Shown here: positions 1 to 12,200 of the stretch, one piece after another
Layout: every line of letters starts with the position of its first letter
Position numbering within the stretch: position 1 is the first letter of the stretch
Assembly (NCBI RefSeq): GCF_009914755.1
Contig: NC_060931.1
Length of the DNA stretch: 64,000 nt
DNA from: the human T2T-CHM13v2.0 reference genome, Homo sapiens
Reading direction: 5' to 3' (one strand)
Made by a program: the position numbers and the translations under genes
The notes under the pieces: model-generated
Told to the model about the DNA's origin: nothing
The model's database searches: none
Seen by the model: only the letters and a program-made list of their open reading frames with translations

Positions 1-47
1 CCTCCTCTTGCCAGTCCCTAGCTGCTCCAGCATTCCTTGCTGGTCCT

Positions 48-466
48 TGCTATGGTCTGAATGTTTGCGTCTCTCCAAAATTCATATATTGAAATCTTCA
101 CCTCCAAGGCGATGGTATTAGGAGAGGGAGCCTTTGGGAGATGATTAGATCATGGGTAGAACCTTCATCAGTGGGATTGGTGTCCTTATAAAAGAGACTC
201 TAGAGAGACCCCTCACCCCTTCTGCCATGTAAGGTTAGAGTGAGAAGATGGCTGTCTATGAGAAGTAGATCCTCGCCAGACACCAAATCTGCTTGTGCCT
301 TGATTTTGAACTTCCAAGCCTCTAGAACTGTGAGAAATAAATTTCTGGGCTGGATGTGATGGCTCACGCTTCTAATCCCAGTGCTTTGGGAGGCTGAGGT
401 GGGAAGATCATTTGAGGCCATGAGTTTGAGACCAGCCTTGGCAACATAGAGAAACCCTATACCTAA

Positions 467-509
<43 letters not shown>

Positions 510-738
510 AAGGTTAGCCAGCTGTAGTGGCATACACTTGTAGTCCCAGCTACTTGGGAGGCTAAGGTGGGAGGATCGCTTGAGCCCTGGAGGCAGAGGT
601 TGCAGCCAGCTGAGATCATACCACTGACTCCAGCCTGGGCAACAGAGTGAGACTCTGTCTCTAAGGAAAAATAAATTCCATTGTTTACAGGCTACCCAGT
701 TTATGGTATTTTGTGATAGCAGCCTGAACAAATGGACA
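48..738 (+). mobile_element. MLT1A-type MaLR solo LTR, interrupted by an Alu
   Basis: Starts TGCTATGGTCTGAATG and ends ...GGACA. 5-bp TSD GTCCT (43-47) / GTCTT (739-743). Inserted into an older ERVL-type LTR (1-47 and 739-828). Confidence 0.85.
348..670 (+). mobile_element. AluJ-type SINE with (TAAA)n expansion in the middle A-rich linker
   Basis: Alu dimer, about 11 TAAA units at 464-510, degenerate AAATAAATT TSD. Confidence 0.92.
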
Positions 739-2852
739 GTCTTCATTCTACCCATATCTCTGTAATGAGCCCCTTCATTAAACTATGTGATTTGCCGTCT
801 GTTTCCTTCCTAAACCTTGACTAGTACAATACCTGAATGAAAACTGAGAAATTACTACCCAGAAGAAAGGAGAACGGACACTAGGTAGCCAAAAAAACAG
901 CAAATGTGTACCATGATCCACTACGGATTACATAGGTAAGCAATATTAAAGCACACACATGTACAATAGCAGCCTCGTCTCTTGTTAGAGAAATGCTCTC
1001 ATAACTCCCTGACAGCAAAGAACTGCCAGTTGCTTCATGAGCTCAACCTCAGGTAGAAAAATACTCAGCCCTTCAGCTCTGCCGTTCCTGCCAGCAAATG
1101 CGGCCTGACTGCTCATAGGACATTTCAGTAATCAACTGGAAAATGAAAAATAGAAAAACACAGGGGGAAGAATGAGAAGAAAGAGAATCCCAGAATCTAA
1201 CAGAACCTAAATGAGTTATTTCACCAAAAAAAACAAAACAAAACCCAAAATCAAAAAGCAAACTTCGCAAGCTCCCATTCATTGCACCCCAAAAGACAGA
1301 GAACCTGGTAATTTGACCAGACTTCTGTAACAGCCACAGGACACCTTCCCCCAACTTACTATTTCAAGCCCTTCCACCCCCTCCACATAATGACTCATTG
1401 TAACCCCAGGGAGAGAGGATTTTCCTGCTCACAAAAGCACAAAGACAGGTTAGGCCAAACCAGTTTTAAGGAGAGGAGATCTATGTAGGAAAGGGGACCC
1501 AAATTGTGGATATTTGGGCCTGCCACATAGGAGAACTTCTATTGGGCAGGAAAGATTGCAAAGTATACCTATACAATTAGGAAGCGTATATTGGAAGATG
1601 TGAAAGGATAGACAGATTTAGGACTGTGCTATTCCAAAAAGCTACCCACCACTACTCATTCAGGAAAGAATGAGTCCTTGAACTGGTATAACTGGTTGTC
1701 AACTGAGATGAATTAAAGAACAAAACTGCTGGGCTTTGTCATGATGAACATGTGTGTATACGTATGTGTGTAAGATCATCCACCACCGATCACGTTCTCC
1801 TTTGTCCTCTCAACTCCTTTGCAGGTTCACAACAGTGTTATGGCGGGAGCAGGGAGGCACCTACATCCATTGGACCCATCCTGACAGCTGGGAAGGATGT
1901 GTCCAGCCACCCAGGGATGTGCATCTGGCACCCACCTCACAACAGCTGTTCTAACCACGTAAGAAGCACAAGGGTCACCGGTTACTCTCCATGAGAACAA
2001 AAGGCCAAGGATGCAGAGATAATTGCATCAAAGGGATTCAACTTCCTGGATGACCTCATTCCAAAGATCTGCAGAGCCCAGATAAGCATCCCAGGGTTCT
2101 GGCAGAGGGCCCCTCCAGGGACAGGAAGGGGACAGGAAGCCGGCTTTCCGTGTCTGTACCGCCTTCCTTGGGAAGGATAGGACACCTGTGGCCATCAAGT
2201 CATGATGCCCCATGCTGTCTCCCGCCAACTCCACAAGAAAGGCAAATGAGTGTCACATCGCCCCCAGAGTCATGACTCTGCTGATCCCACATGGGCCCCA
2301 TAGAGGGCTTTTCCTTCTAGGTCTTCACCATAGATTTCTCATATTTTCATTTAAACAGATTTGTATGTAATTCTTGAATGTTTCCTTTCTTTCATATTCT
2401 CAAAAAATACATTAAGACTAGTAAGAATAGGTAAAAAAAAATTGGTACATCTCAGAAGATAATATGTGAGACTAATAGCTATAGTTTGCAATAAAGAAAA
2501 TTAAATGAGGTTTCTAAGCACTTATGTATTTATTCTCTAAATGTTTTTGAGCCCTTTCTATGCCAGACACAACTCCAAGTCCAGAGACGGAAAGATAAAA
2601 TGTTCCTTATGCTCGAAGAGCACATAGATTTGTTAGAAGTCATAGATACTTAAACAAATGATTATATAATAAGTTCTACAATGTAATTTTATCCTTGGGA
2701 ATTCTGCTAATATTACAAGGAATAATAAATAGTCAAAATAAGAGTCCTTTATCAAAATTTATTTTTATACTGCTCAGTTTTGCCCTAGAATTTGTTAATT
2801 TATTCAATATTCTCAGCCCAAATCATTCTACAATGGTGGAAAGATTCTAAAT

Positions 2853-2995
2853 CTATGCTGTCCAGTGGAGTAGCTACTAGCCACATGTGGCCAGAAGTAC
2901 TTGAAATGTGACTAGTGTGACCGAGGAACTGAATTTTAAATTTTATTTAATTTTAACTCAGGTCAATGTAAATAGCCACATGTGGTTAACATAGT
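2853..2995 (+). mobile_element. MER3-like hAT-Charlie MITE fragment
   Basis: GTAGCTACTAGCCACATGTGG...AATAGCCACATGTGG signature. Confidence 0.75.
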
Positions 2996-3879
2996 TCCAG
3001 AGTTCTAGTCCCAGATAGATCTGGCCAGATTTACCGAAACAAGTGAAGGTTAATCAATTGTGATTAAAATCAAGCAACACACCAATGTGAATGGCCAATG
3101 AACCATTCAAGAAAGAATCACCTGCCTGCCCACCTGCACCCACTCAACCTTGAATGTCTGGAAGAAAACGAGCCTGTTAGACACAGCAGGAAAGGAGGTG
3201 GAAAGTGTAACCATAAGGCAAGGTCAAGCAGCTCAAACAGAAGCACCAGGCACAAACAAACCACAGAGAAAAGCTGGAGGGACAGCACGAAGCTGGTGAG
3301 TGTCAAAACGAAAATAAAAGCAAGTTCAAGCTCAAGTCCAATTTTTAAACACTTGAGATTTTAGAAAAATAAGTAGAATCTAATCCAAAAGCCATTTATT
3401 GACAACCCTCCATCAGTAAATTTTTTCTGAACATTTTCTGTAGGCTCAGCACCAAGGGGGGTGGTTATTAAGAAGTCTATAGTAACATCAGTCTCCACCT
3501 TAAAGAATCTTAAAATTTGCTTGAGAGACCAAATGCATACACATAAAATCGTGAGAAACTGAGACAAGACAGTATTCAGTAAAGCACTCAATTGTATTTA
3601 TTTAGCCACATCTAAAGCTCACCTGTGCACGATACGCACCGTGGGCAGAGAGGTAAAGAGAGAAGTGAGCGTAGGTTGCTCTCACCTGGATGGGCTTCAT
3701 GGAGACCAGCAGGTGTGATATAAGACTCAATTCAAGTTAGCCTGGCCTCCATCTGCCTGCAGTAGCATCCTTTATCAGCTCCACCCTACTCCTGCTTCTG
3801 CCAGAATGACTTGCAGTTTCCTAATGTACCTGCCATCTCTCAAGCTGAGCCACTGCGTGGGCAGAACACGGTCTGGTGG

Positions 3880-4080
3880 ACCCGCCTGGCATGCCCGGAC
3901 TCTGGAGGTGCAGACTTGTGTTGAATTCCAGCCTCACCAATCCTTAGGTGGCTGAACTCAGGCAAATTCCTTAACATCTCTAAGCCTTGTTCCTACTGTG
4001 TAAAATGAGAGTAATAATATTATCCAGCCGTAGGGTTTTTTGGTGAGAATTAAATTAGATAAATAAAAGGCTTATACAGA
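3880..4080 (+). mobile_element. MIR SINE
   Basis: Degenerate core GGCAAATTCCTTAACATCTCTAAGCC...TGTAAAATGAG. Confidence 0.75.
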
Positions 4081-4109
4081 GAAATCATTTTTTTCCACTT
4101 TTCATACTT

Positions 4110-6010
4110 TTTAAAAAAAATCAACTTTATTAAAGTATTGACATACAAAAAGCTGTACATATGTAATGTGTACAACTTGGTGAGTTTGGAGATAAGTATA
4201 CATCCATGAAACCATCACCACAATCTGTGCCATAAACATCCATCACATCAAAAAGATTTCTCCCATCATCATTTATTTGTGTGTGTGTGTCATGAGAACA
4301 CTAAAAATCTATCCCTTAGCCATTTTTTTAAATTTAAGTTCACGGTCACATGTGCAGGTTTGTCATATAGGTAAACTTGTTATGCAGATTATTTCATCAC
4401 CCAGGTATTAAGCCTACTATGTATTATTTTTCCTGGTCCTCTTCCTCCTCCCACCCTCCACCCTCCAATAGGCCCCAGTGTCCGTTTTTCCCCTCCTCGT
4501 GTCCATGTGTTCTCATCATTTAGCTCCCACTTACAAGTGAGAACATGTGGTATTTGGTTTTCTGTTCCTGTGTTAGTTTACTAAGATAATGGCCTCCAGC
4601 TCCATTCATGTCCCTGTAAAGGACATGCTCTCATTCCTTTTTAAGACTGCATAGTATTCCATGGTGTATACGTACCACATTTTCTTTATCTAGTCTATCA
4701 CTGACAGGCATTTAGGTTGTTCCTGTGTTTTTACTATTGTGAACAGTGCTGCAGTGAACATACAGGTGCATGTGTCTTTATAATAGAACGATTTATATTC
4801 ATTTGGGTCTATACCCAGTAATGGGATTTCTGGGTCAAATGGTATTTCTGGGGCAAAGATTTCATGATGAAGACAACAAAAGCAATTGCAACAAAAGCAA
4901 AAATTGACAAATGGGATCTAATTAAACAGCTTCTGCACAGCAAAGGAAACTATCAACACAGTGAACAGACAACACACAGAATGGGAGAAAATTTTTGCAA
5001 ACTGTATAGCTGACAAGGTCTAATACCCAGTATCTATAAGGAACTTAAATTCACAAGCTAATTTTAAAGTATACATTATAAACTATAGGCACTGTGCTGT
5101 ACAAATCCCTAGAACCTATTCATCTCGCATAACTGAAACTTTATACCCACTAGTACCTCTCCATTTCCTCCTCTCCCTCGTTCCTAATAACCACCATTCT
5201 ATTCTCTGTTTCTATGAGTTTGACTATTTTAGATTCCTCAAACAAGTGGTATCATGCAGTAGTTGTCTTTCTGTGTCTGGCTTACTTCACTTAGCATAAT
5301 GTCTTCCAGGTTCATCCATGTTGTCACATATGGCGGGATTTCCTTCTTTCTTAAGACTGAATAATATTCCATTGTGGGTATATACATTTTCGTTATCCAT
5401 TCATCTGTCAATGGACATTTAGGTTGCTTTTATGTCTTGGCTATTTTAAGTAATGTAGCAATGAACATGGAAGAAGTGCAGATATCTCTTGGACATACTG
5501 ATTTCATTTCCTTTGGATATGTACACAGAAGTAGAATTGCTGGATCATATGACAGTCCTGCTTTTTAAATCCTGAGGAACCTCTATGCAGTTTTCCATGA
5601 TGGCTGTATTAATTTACATTTCCATCAACAGTGTAAAAGGTTTTTCTCTTCTCCACATCCTTGCCAACACTTCTTATTTGCTTTTTTGGTAATACCCATC
5701 CTAACTAGCATGAGGTAATATCTCACTGTGGTTTTAATTTGCGTAACTCTGATAATTAGTGACGTGATTATTGAGCATATTTTCATATATCTATTGGTCA
5801 AGTGTACATCTTTTTGGGAAAACGTCTATTCATTTTCTTTGCTCATTTTTTAATCAGATTTTGTTATTTCATTATTGAGTTGTAGGCACACTCTAACATA
5901 CATTGGACATGAACCCTTTATCAGTGTATATGATTTGCAAATACTTTCTTCCATTCCATAGGTTTCTTTTTCATTTTGTCGATCGTTTCTTTTGCTGTGC
6001 AGAAGGTTTT
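4110..6010 (-). mobile_element. Old L1 (L1MB/L1MA-type) 3' end, interrupted by a younger L1PA
   Basis: Antisense L1 3'UTR/ORF2 text at 4110-4320 resumes at about 5058. Confidence 0.85.
4321..5057 (-). mobile_element. Older L1PA 3' fragment with 5' inversion (4851-5057 on + strand)
   Basis: Minus-strand 3'UTR to ...GGTATTTCTG, then plus-strand ORF2 text GGGCAAAGATTTCATGATGAAGACAACAAAAGC. Confidence 0.85.
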
Positions 6011-6237
6011 TACTTTACCTGACAATTTTCAACCCATCTTTTAAGGTTCTGCTCAGGTATTTCCTGTCCCGAGAAACTCCCCCACGTTTTCTTCCCTTGT
6101 TGTTGTTGGGTTCCCTTCCCAAGGAACAGCATCCTGAGCTCTCCCATGGCCAACAAAGTCATACGCACTGCTTCTCCTGAAATACTTCCAGTATATGCTT
6201 GGTGTCCTATGCAGTTTTTCGCACTTGTCCCACATGT

Positions 6238-6243
6238 TTTATT
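6238..6243 (-). terminator. Candidate polyadenylation signal AATAAA of the terminal exon
   Basis: TTTATT on + at 6238-6243, the first canonical hexamer downstream of the stop at 6396. Confidence 0.55.
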
Positions 6244-6395
6244 TTTCTACATAATACCGTTAGTGAAGATTGCATTAAAATAATTGGAGTAAGTTTGGTA
6301 GATGTCCACTTTGTACTTCCAGCTTCTACCATGGTCTGGTCTGCAAGTATGTAAGATGTATGAGCAGGGAACAAGGTTCTCACTTTCATGCATGC

Positions 6396-6662
6396 TTAAA
6401 TCTGAAAGATGATCAGCAATAACTTGTCTTTTTTATTGAGATTTTCTAGATGAAGCTGAAACATGTGAGAGCTAACATTTCCCTTTGAAGGGCTTGCTGC
6501 TGATAAAATGAAGTATATATAACTCCTAGTCTTGGAAGGTGGTGGGAAATGGATTCCACACTGCTGCTCCTGCCAGAAATTTGGTGTGCCTACCAGTTGT
6601 GTCTTGGCCAGTTTAGTGGCCTGAAAGTTGCACAAAGCTACCAGGCTTCCAGTCAGTATAGC
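6396..6662 (-). CDS. STEAP1B: STEAP1B terminal coding exon (aa 255-342): AILTGSLVALCNFQATKLAKTQ...LLLIIFQI*, not homologous to STEAP1
   Basis: Strong acceptor TTTCTTTTCATTTTCTAG|GCT at 6663/6662 extends ORF 6396..6635 in phase 0. Total length of 342 aa matches the length I recall for STEAP1B isoform 1. AATAAA lies about 150 nt past the stop. Confidence 0.85.
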   Translation of the reverse strand, partial: AILTGSLVALCNFQATKLAKTQLVGTPNFWQEQQCGIHFPPPSKTRSYIYFILSAASPSKGNVSSHMFQLHLENLNKKDKLLLIIFQI

Positions 6663-6849
6663 CTAGAAAATGAAAAGAAATGATACATTTGGTGCCTGTG
6701 TAAAGTATGTGGGAATTAAAAGCCCTGTGATAAGTGTATAATGAGAAAACTGAATACTCTCCTTCATTTATAAAATGGGATAAAATCTCAACTATTTTAT
6801 TATTTGGTGACATTTTTATTTGGTAATAAATGTTTTCAGCAGCAGCTGA

Positions 6850-9140
6850 ATAAAACAAAAAAAAGTGCATGTTAAATGAAAAACTAAGTACTGAATTTCC
6901 ATGTAATAAGAAATCTGGCCAATATGTAACTTGTAAATGATAGTAAATGTTTGATGACATTTACTATCCAACATGGGGGGTCCTGGTGATATCACTAACC
7001 ACGTGAAAACCAGACCCTAATCTACTAAAGAAGCAACAGCTTCTACCTCACACATCAGAACTGTTTTAAGAATGCCGTGCCCCTAAACAGTTTCACTTGT
7101 GCAGCTGCAGAAGGTGTGTTTACATATCATCCTGTGAAGCATGACTTTTCATCTAGATCAAACAATAATTCTTTAAATTAATTTTGACTATTCTTATTCC
7201 AAGTCCGTACATACAAAAAGTGAACTGATACCTGCACATGTGATGGCTACATTAGCAAAAGAGCTGCCACATAGCTGTATGAAGCCCTTTGCTATTAGAA
7301 TCCTGATACTTCAGATTATCAGCTAGTTCCAATGAAGATTTTTTTTTTTTCATACAAGTCATGAAATCAAAGTAAAACTTTTGGAAGCTTATTCTCAGGT
7401 AAAACATCTGACATTGTTGGGACTGCTGCTATAAATTCAGTTCAAAAGTTCCATATTGTTCAAAAGGTCAATATTGAAGACATGTTTTTATAGTAGTAAT
7501 AGGAATACAAAATTTTGGGGGAGCACAGGTTCATGGAAAAATAATGTTCTTACTAAATTCATAAAGTAACAGACCAGAACTTGGAAGTGATTGTGGGCAC
7601 ATAATTCATAAATGTGTCCAATCCACTGTGATTGATATTCCACTAAAGGAAATAGAAACTATCATCATCAAAAATTACAAATATTTCTACATATAAGGTA
7701 ACTATAGTATGAAATTCTTGTGGCAGAGCTTATATGAAGTATCCAACCACCCTCTACACCCCAATAAAACACCAGTATCAATCAAATGAAAAAACCTCAT
7801 GCATCAACAATAACAATAGAAACTTCAGCTTGGGAGTACACATTTTCTGTTGCTCATCAACATTTGAGCCTTTAAATAACTACTTGGCAAATCAGCCTAC
7901 GCCTTTTGAAATAATTCTTTAAATGTTGGTTGCATTTTGATGAAAATTAATTGGAATATTTTGATAAATTATTCAATAAATGGAGTACAAAAATTTCAGG
8001 TTGTGGAGCTTTTTATGAATTACAATTATCTAAAATGAGCTTACTTAGGGACAATTTGAAATTGTTTCTACCAGATCGAGGGGGGAAATTAACAAATTAA
8101 ACTGTGGGAGCTCAGAGGTATATGCTACCTTGACTTGTGGGAAGGATCTTTTGATGAAGTTTCTACTTTTAATTGGATCAATTTCTATTCTGTACTGAAA
8201 TGGAATATAATTAAAAGTCCTGCAATTTTACAACATTTAACTTGGGTGAAACATTCAAAAGAATAATCTTAGGTAGAAATTATTTGACAAGCTGTATTTT
8301 GTAATGTCTGATGGGGTATCTTGTAAAAATATTTGTTGAATAAAGATAAATGGGGGCCAAATACATACCCTGTAAAGTTATTCAGGCTGAAATATTAACA
8401 CAATTCAATATAAAAATGTTAAAATTGAGAATACTCCCCATTTAGCCGCATTTGCTCTTAGCTTACTAAATAATTCAGCATCTGTAGAGAGAGTATTTTC
8501 TCAACTAAAAATATTTTGGACCACAAAAAAGGTCAATTTCAAGTTTATTAATCACAAATTACAAAAATAATATGGCAGACAGTTTTATTTAAAAAATTAA
8601 AAGCTTGTTTTCAGAATGTGGCTTAGAAAAGGAATTTAAAAAATAGAAAAATTAAAAGCAAAAGACACTGAAATAACATTCTTCAAATATGCTAGTGACA
8701 TACTGCATTACAGGTAGATATGACTAAGAAACTGATTATACTATGTGACTATATACTAATAATTATTCCACCTATATTTTCTTAATTTAAAATTATTCAT
8801 TTAAAAATTGTGCTTTAATATTCTATTTTAAAAAGTAGAATATTAAAATATATGTTAAATTATATATTAAAATTTATTTAAATTGTATATTTTAATATTT
8901 AGTATATTTGACATTAAAATATTTTTAATAAAAATTTTTTTCTAAATAGAAAATGTTATTTTCTATCTTTAAAAAGAGTTTTATTTTTATATTTTTAATG
9001 TAACTATTTATAATTTACCACTATGCTGGAATTAATTTGTTAGTCAATTCCTAGTTTCAAAAACTCCATAATTTGTATTATTTTAGTATTCCCTTCCTAT
9101 CTCAAGTGTCCCAGGTTGGATAAATTCTAGGTTTACCCTG
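6850..9140 (+). mobile_element. Fossil hAT transposon (BLACKJACK-like) with a decayed transposase; may extend left to about 6200
   Basis: Broken-frame motifs: FTIQHGG...DITNHVKT (~6960-7010), CAAAEGVFTYHPVKHDFS (7098-7151) and the hAT dimerisation motif SASVERVFSQLK (8475-8510). End GTGTCCCAGGTTGGATAAATTCTAGGTTTACCCTG resembles a Blackjack TIR. Confidence 0.8.
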
Positions 9141-9383
9141 GCCACAGCTCACAGCAGCCTGTGTCAGATTGTTTATGCATCATTCTTTCCCACCCTATTG
9201 GACTTCCTTGAGAGCATGGATTCAATTTCCTGACTCTGTATCCCTTCAGTTGCCCTTACCATGCGCCAGGCACTGTTGAACTATTTTAATCCTCATTAAC
9301 CTCTGTGTTGAACATTCTAATTACCCCCATTTACAGATGAGAAAATTGAGATGGGGAAGAGGTAAAGTAATTCAATTACAGTC

Positions 9384-9859
9384 TGTGAGACAAAGTCGCA
9401 AATGTAAGAAGCGAAGTTTGCTCATTTCTGTTTGCCAGCATAATTTCACAAGCCCCTGACTCTGTACCGCTCTCCAAAAGATGCTTTGAAGACAAAACAG
9501 GATAGAACACATGGCCCCCCACATCTCTTGCCTGAGTCACTGTATTCCTTAAAATAAATGGCCCTAGTCCTTGCCTTTTCCTACACATAAAATAATGTCT
9601 GATGGGGTTAGTGGTTATGCTTCTACAATGTATAACCAAATGTGCTTTAGTAATCTATAACCAGACGTACTCTTACACCCCAACTGTGATGTGAATTTGC
9701 ACATACTGCGGCTTCACCACCTGTATATAAACTGTGAACTGAAATACTGCTTTGGAGCAGTCTGACAGATGTGCTCCTGGCCTACAGGCCTCAGTAAGAC
9801 TTTTGAATAAAACTAGCTTTAATTCTTTAAAAGCTTGACTTTTCTTTCTTTAGTCAGCA
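9384..9859 (+). mobile_element. ERV1 solo LTR (MER34-like) inserted in a MIR
   Basis: TG...CA termini, TATATAAA at ~9724, AATAAA at ~9806, 4-bp TSD AGTC/GGTC. Confidence 0.75.
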
Positions 9860-10699
9860 GGTCCCAAATTCTAGACCATGGGATTTGGGTGGGATTTGGC
9901 CACCCTGGGATTTGGCTGGATAGTCCATGCTCCTATGCTCCTACCCACTTCCCATATGGCCCTTTCTGGGTAAATGTTCTCTGTAAGTACTTGTGGAATG
10001 AATAAAACCCAAATGAATGAATGAGTGATGAAGAGGGCAATGGTGCTCATTGCAACAATGATGGGTAAAAAGACTGCAGTGAGCGGAAGTGCCTACCACA
10101 CAGCTTCATATTCATAGCCCAGGACTGAAAGGTTCTGAGTTGGAACCAGCAGTTTTCAAGGGAAAGTGACTGACATTAAGTAAACATGATTCTTTACACA
10201 GCACACCAACTGCCAGATGCAAGAAGTCAAGACAACAAACGTGTTTCTCCCAGCTAATAACAGTGGCCTCCTCATCTGGGCTGTTTACTCAGCCACTAAA
10301 AACCGGATACTCTCTTTGGCTAAAACCAGGATGTTGTGTACCTGTCCTATTAGGCCCTGACGGCAGGCCTGGCCTGCAAGTTGGGCCTCAAGGACAGGAG
10401 TCAAGTCTTGAAGAGCTCTTTCCCAAATACCTGGGGTTGGAGGTGGGGATGGTGGAGTGGCTGAGCTGTCAGCAGAGGAACTGCGGGGGAGGGTGTAAAG
10501 GAATGCTGGGTGCTGATCTGACAAAGGACCTGACGATGCCTTTGACAGAGTTGGAATCTTAGAACATTTTCAGGGGAAAGAACACATTGCAGTGACTTTG
10601 GGCTTGCTGAGTTTGAGACATTGAGAAAGGGGTTAAAAAGAGAAAATGAGGCAAGGCTGAGAGAGGCAGGGTGTCCTGGGTTGCCGCCATGACAATGAG

Positions 10700-11102
10700 G
10701 AGGACTTGGCAGTGCTCCCAGAAAGAAATAGGAGTGATGGAGACACATTTGCCCCCTGGATGGAAGGAACACAGGATGAGAAGACATCACTTGGAGAAGA
10801 AATAGCAACAACCATTGTCACACCAGGCTCACCCCTACCCCCTTCCCTGGCAATCAAAAAAGCTGATGGCTCCAGCAGCTCCAGCACGCCCTGGGGACAG
10901 CCAGTGTGCTTCAGTCTGAGGCTCCTTCCTTCCCTCCCACTCGCTCCTGCCTGTCTTTCCCATGTTTGCCAGTGTCAGATCTGCATAGTGATCTTCCTTT
11001 CCTAATCCTGCTTCCTCCTCATCTTTCGCAGGTGTTTACCACAATAAATCTCCTGGAACAACTCTGTTCTACCATCTGCTTCTTGCAGGACCCAAACTGA
11101 CA
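10700..11102 (+). mobile_element. Old ERVL-type LTR (LTR16/LTR33-like)
   Basis: 3' end AATAAATCTCCTG...CTGCTTCTTGCAGGACCCAAACTGACA. Left boundary uncertain. Confidence 0.5.
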
Positions 11103-11224
11103 TGCTTCCCAACAACAAGAAAAGTGACATTCCTTTTTAAAGACCCAGAGAAAATCCTAGTATCATGTTCTTTGGTATGTTCTGGAATCAAGGACCCAAG
11201 ATTAATTGGTAACTGATTCACTTA

Positions 11225-11335
11225 TTCAGGAATTCATTTAATCAATCACTTCAATAGGTATTAATTAAGCACCCATTGTATGCCAGGAACTGTGCTGGAC
11301 CTTAGAGCTATAACAGTAAACAAGGAAGACGTAAG
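11225..11335 (-). mobile_element. L2 3' end fragment
   Basis: TCATTTAATCAATCA...ATTAAGCACCCATTGTATGCCAGGAACTGTGCTG. Confidence 0.7.
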
Positions 11336-11989
11336 TGAAAATCTCATCTAAGCAACTTGTAAAATGAAAGACCATGGGTAGTCCAGGAAGGAAAAGCTGT
11401 CTCTGGGTGTGGCTGAACGTTAAAGCAATCTATCCTATCTGATGAGAAAACACACAAAATGATCATTCCAGACCACAAAGATCTCCAATTACAAGAAACA
11501 TAACTTCCGCCACTGCTATGCCCTTTGCACACTGTACATAGTCAGTTCCTCCCACCAGGAGTCATCGGAGAAAGGAAACTGCACGTGGATGGCAGGACAA
11601 CAGCACAGCATTGCTGGCTGTCATGGTAGCTGGCACATGCCAGCTCCTTTTTCTGCATTCAGCTCCCTCCTGCCCCATCACCTAAGAGCCAGGCAAAAAC
11701 ACTTCCACTCGGCTGGAGCCACCAGGACTTTGACCTACATAAAGTGCCACAAAAATCACCCAATTGAACAAGCTCTGGGCCAGAGAAGGAGCTGAGGTCC
11801 AGCTGAAGGTGATGTCCAGCCCAAGAGGCTGTCCCCATAAACTGACCCTCAGGGGGTGCTGAGTCCCACTGCCCTGGTTTCTCCACATCTGTGTGATATA
11901 AGGAAGCCAGAGACCACCACAGCCTGATGAGTTCTTGGAGAAGCCCAGAGCCAGTGGGCCTGTCTCTCCACAGAGTCACGCTCAGGGCT

Positions 11990-12200
11990 TTAGTTAAAGG
12001 ATCCCTGCAGAGGGAGTGGGTTTGAATTCCAAATCTGCCATCCTCATCCTAGGACAAAGAGCAAGACCTTTAACGTCTCTAGGCCTCAGTTTCCTCTGCT
12101 GCAAAGGAGTGAGGGTACCTGTACCTCCCTCATTGGGCTATTGTGAGGACTAAATGAGATAACATATGGAAAGCACACAGCACTGTGCAAGGCAGCTTGA
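11990..12200 (+). mobile_element. MIR SINE
   Basis: CTCTAGGCCTCAGTTTCCTCTGCTGCAAA...GTGAGGACTAAATGAGATAA. Confidence 0.8.

Noticed and set aside
200-755. ORFs 200..619 and 408..755 with a hydrophobic FIYL repeat
   Set aside because: Translation of an antisense Alu and its (TAAA)n linker, not a membrane protein.
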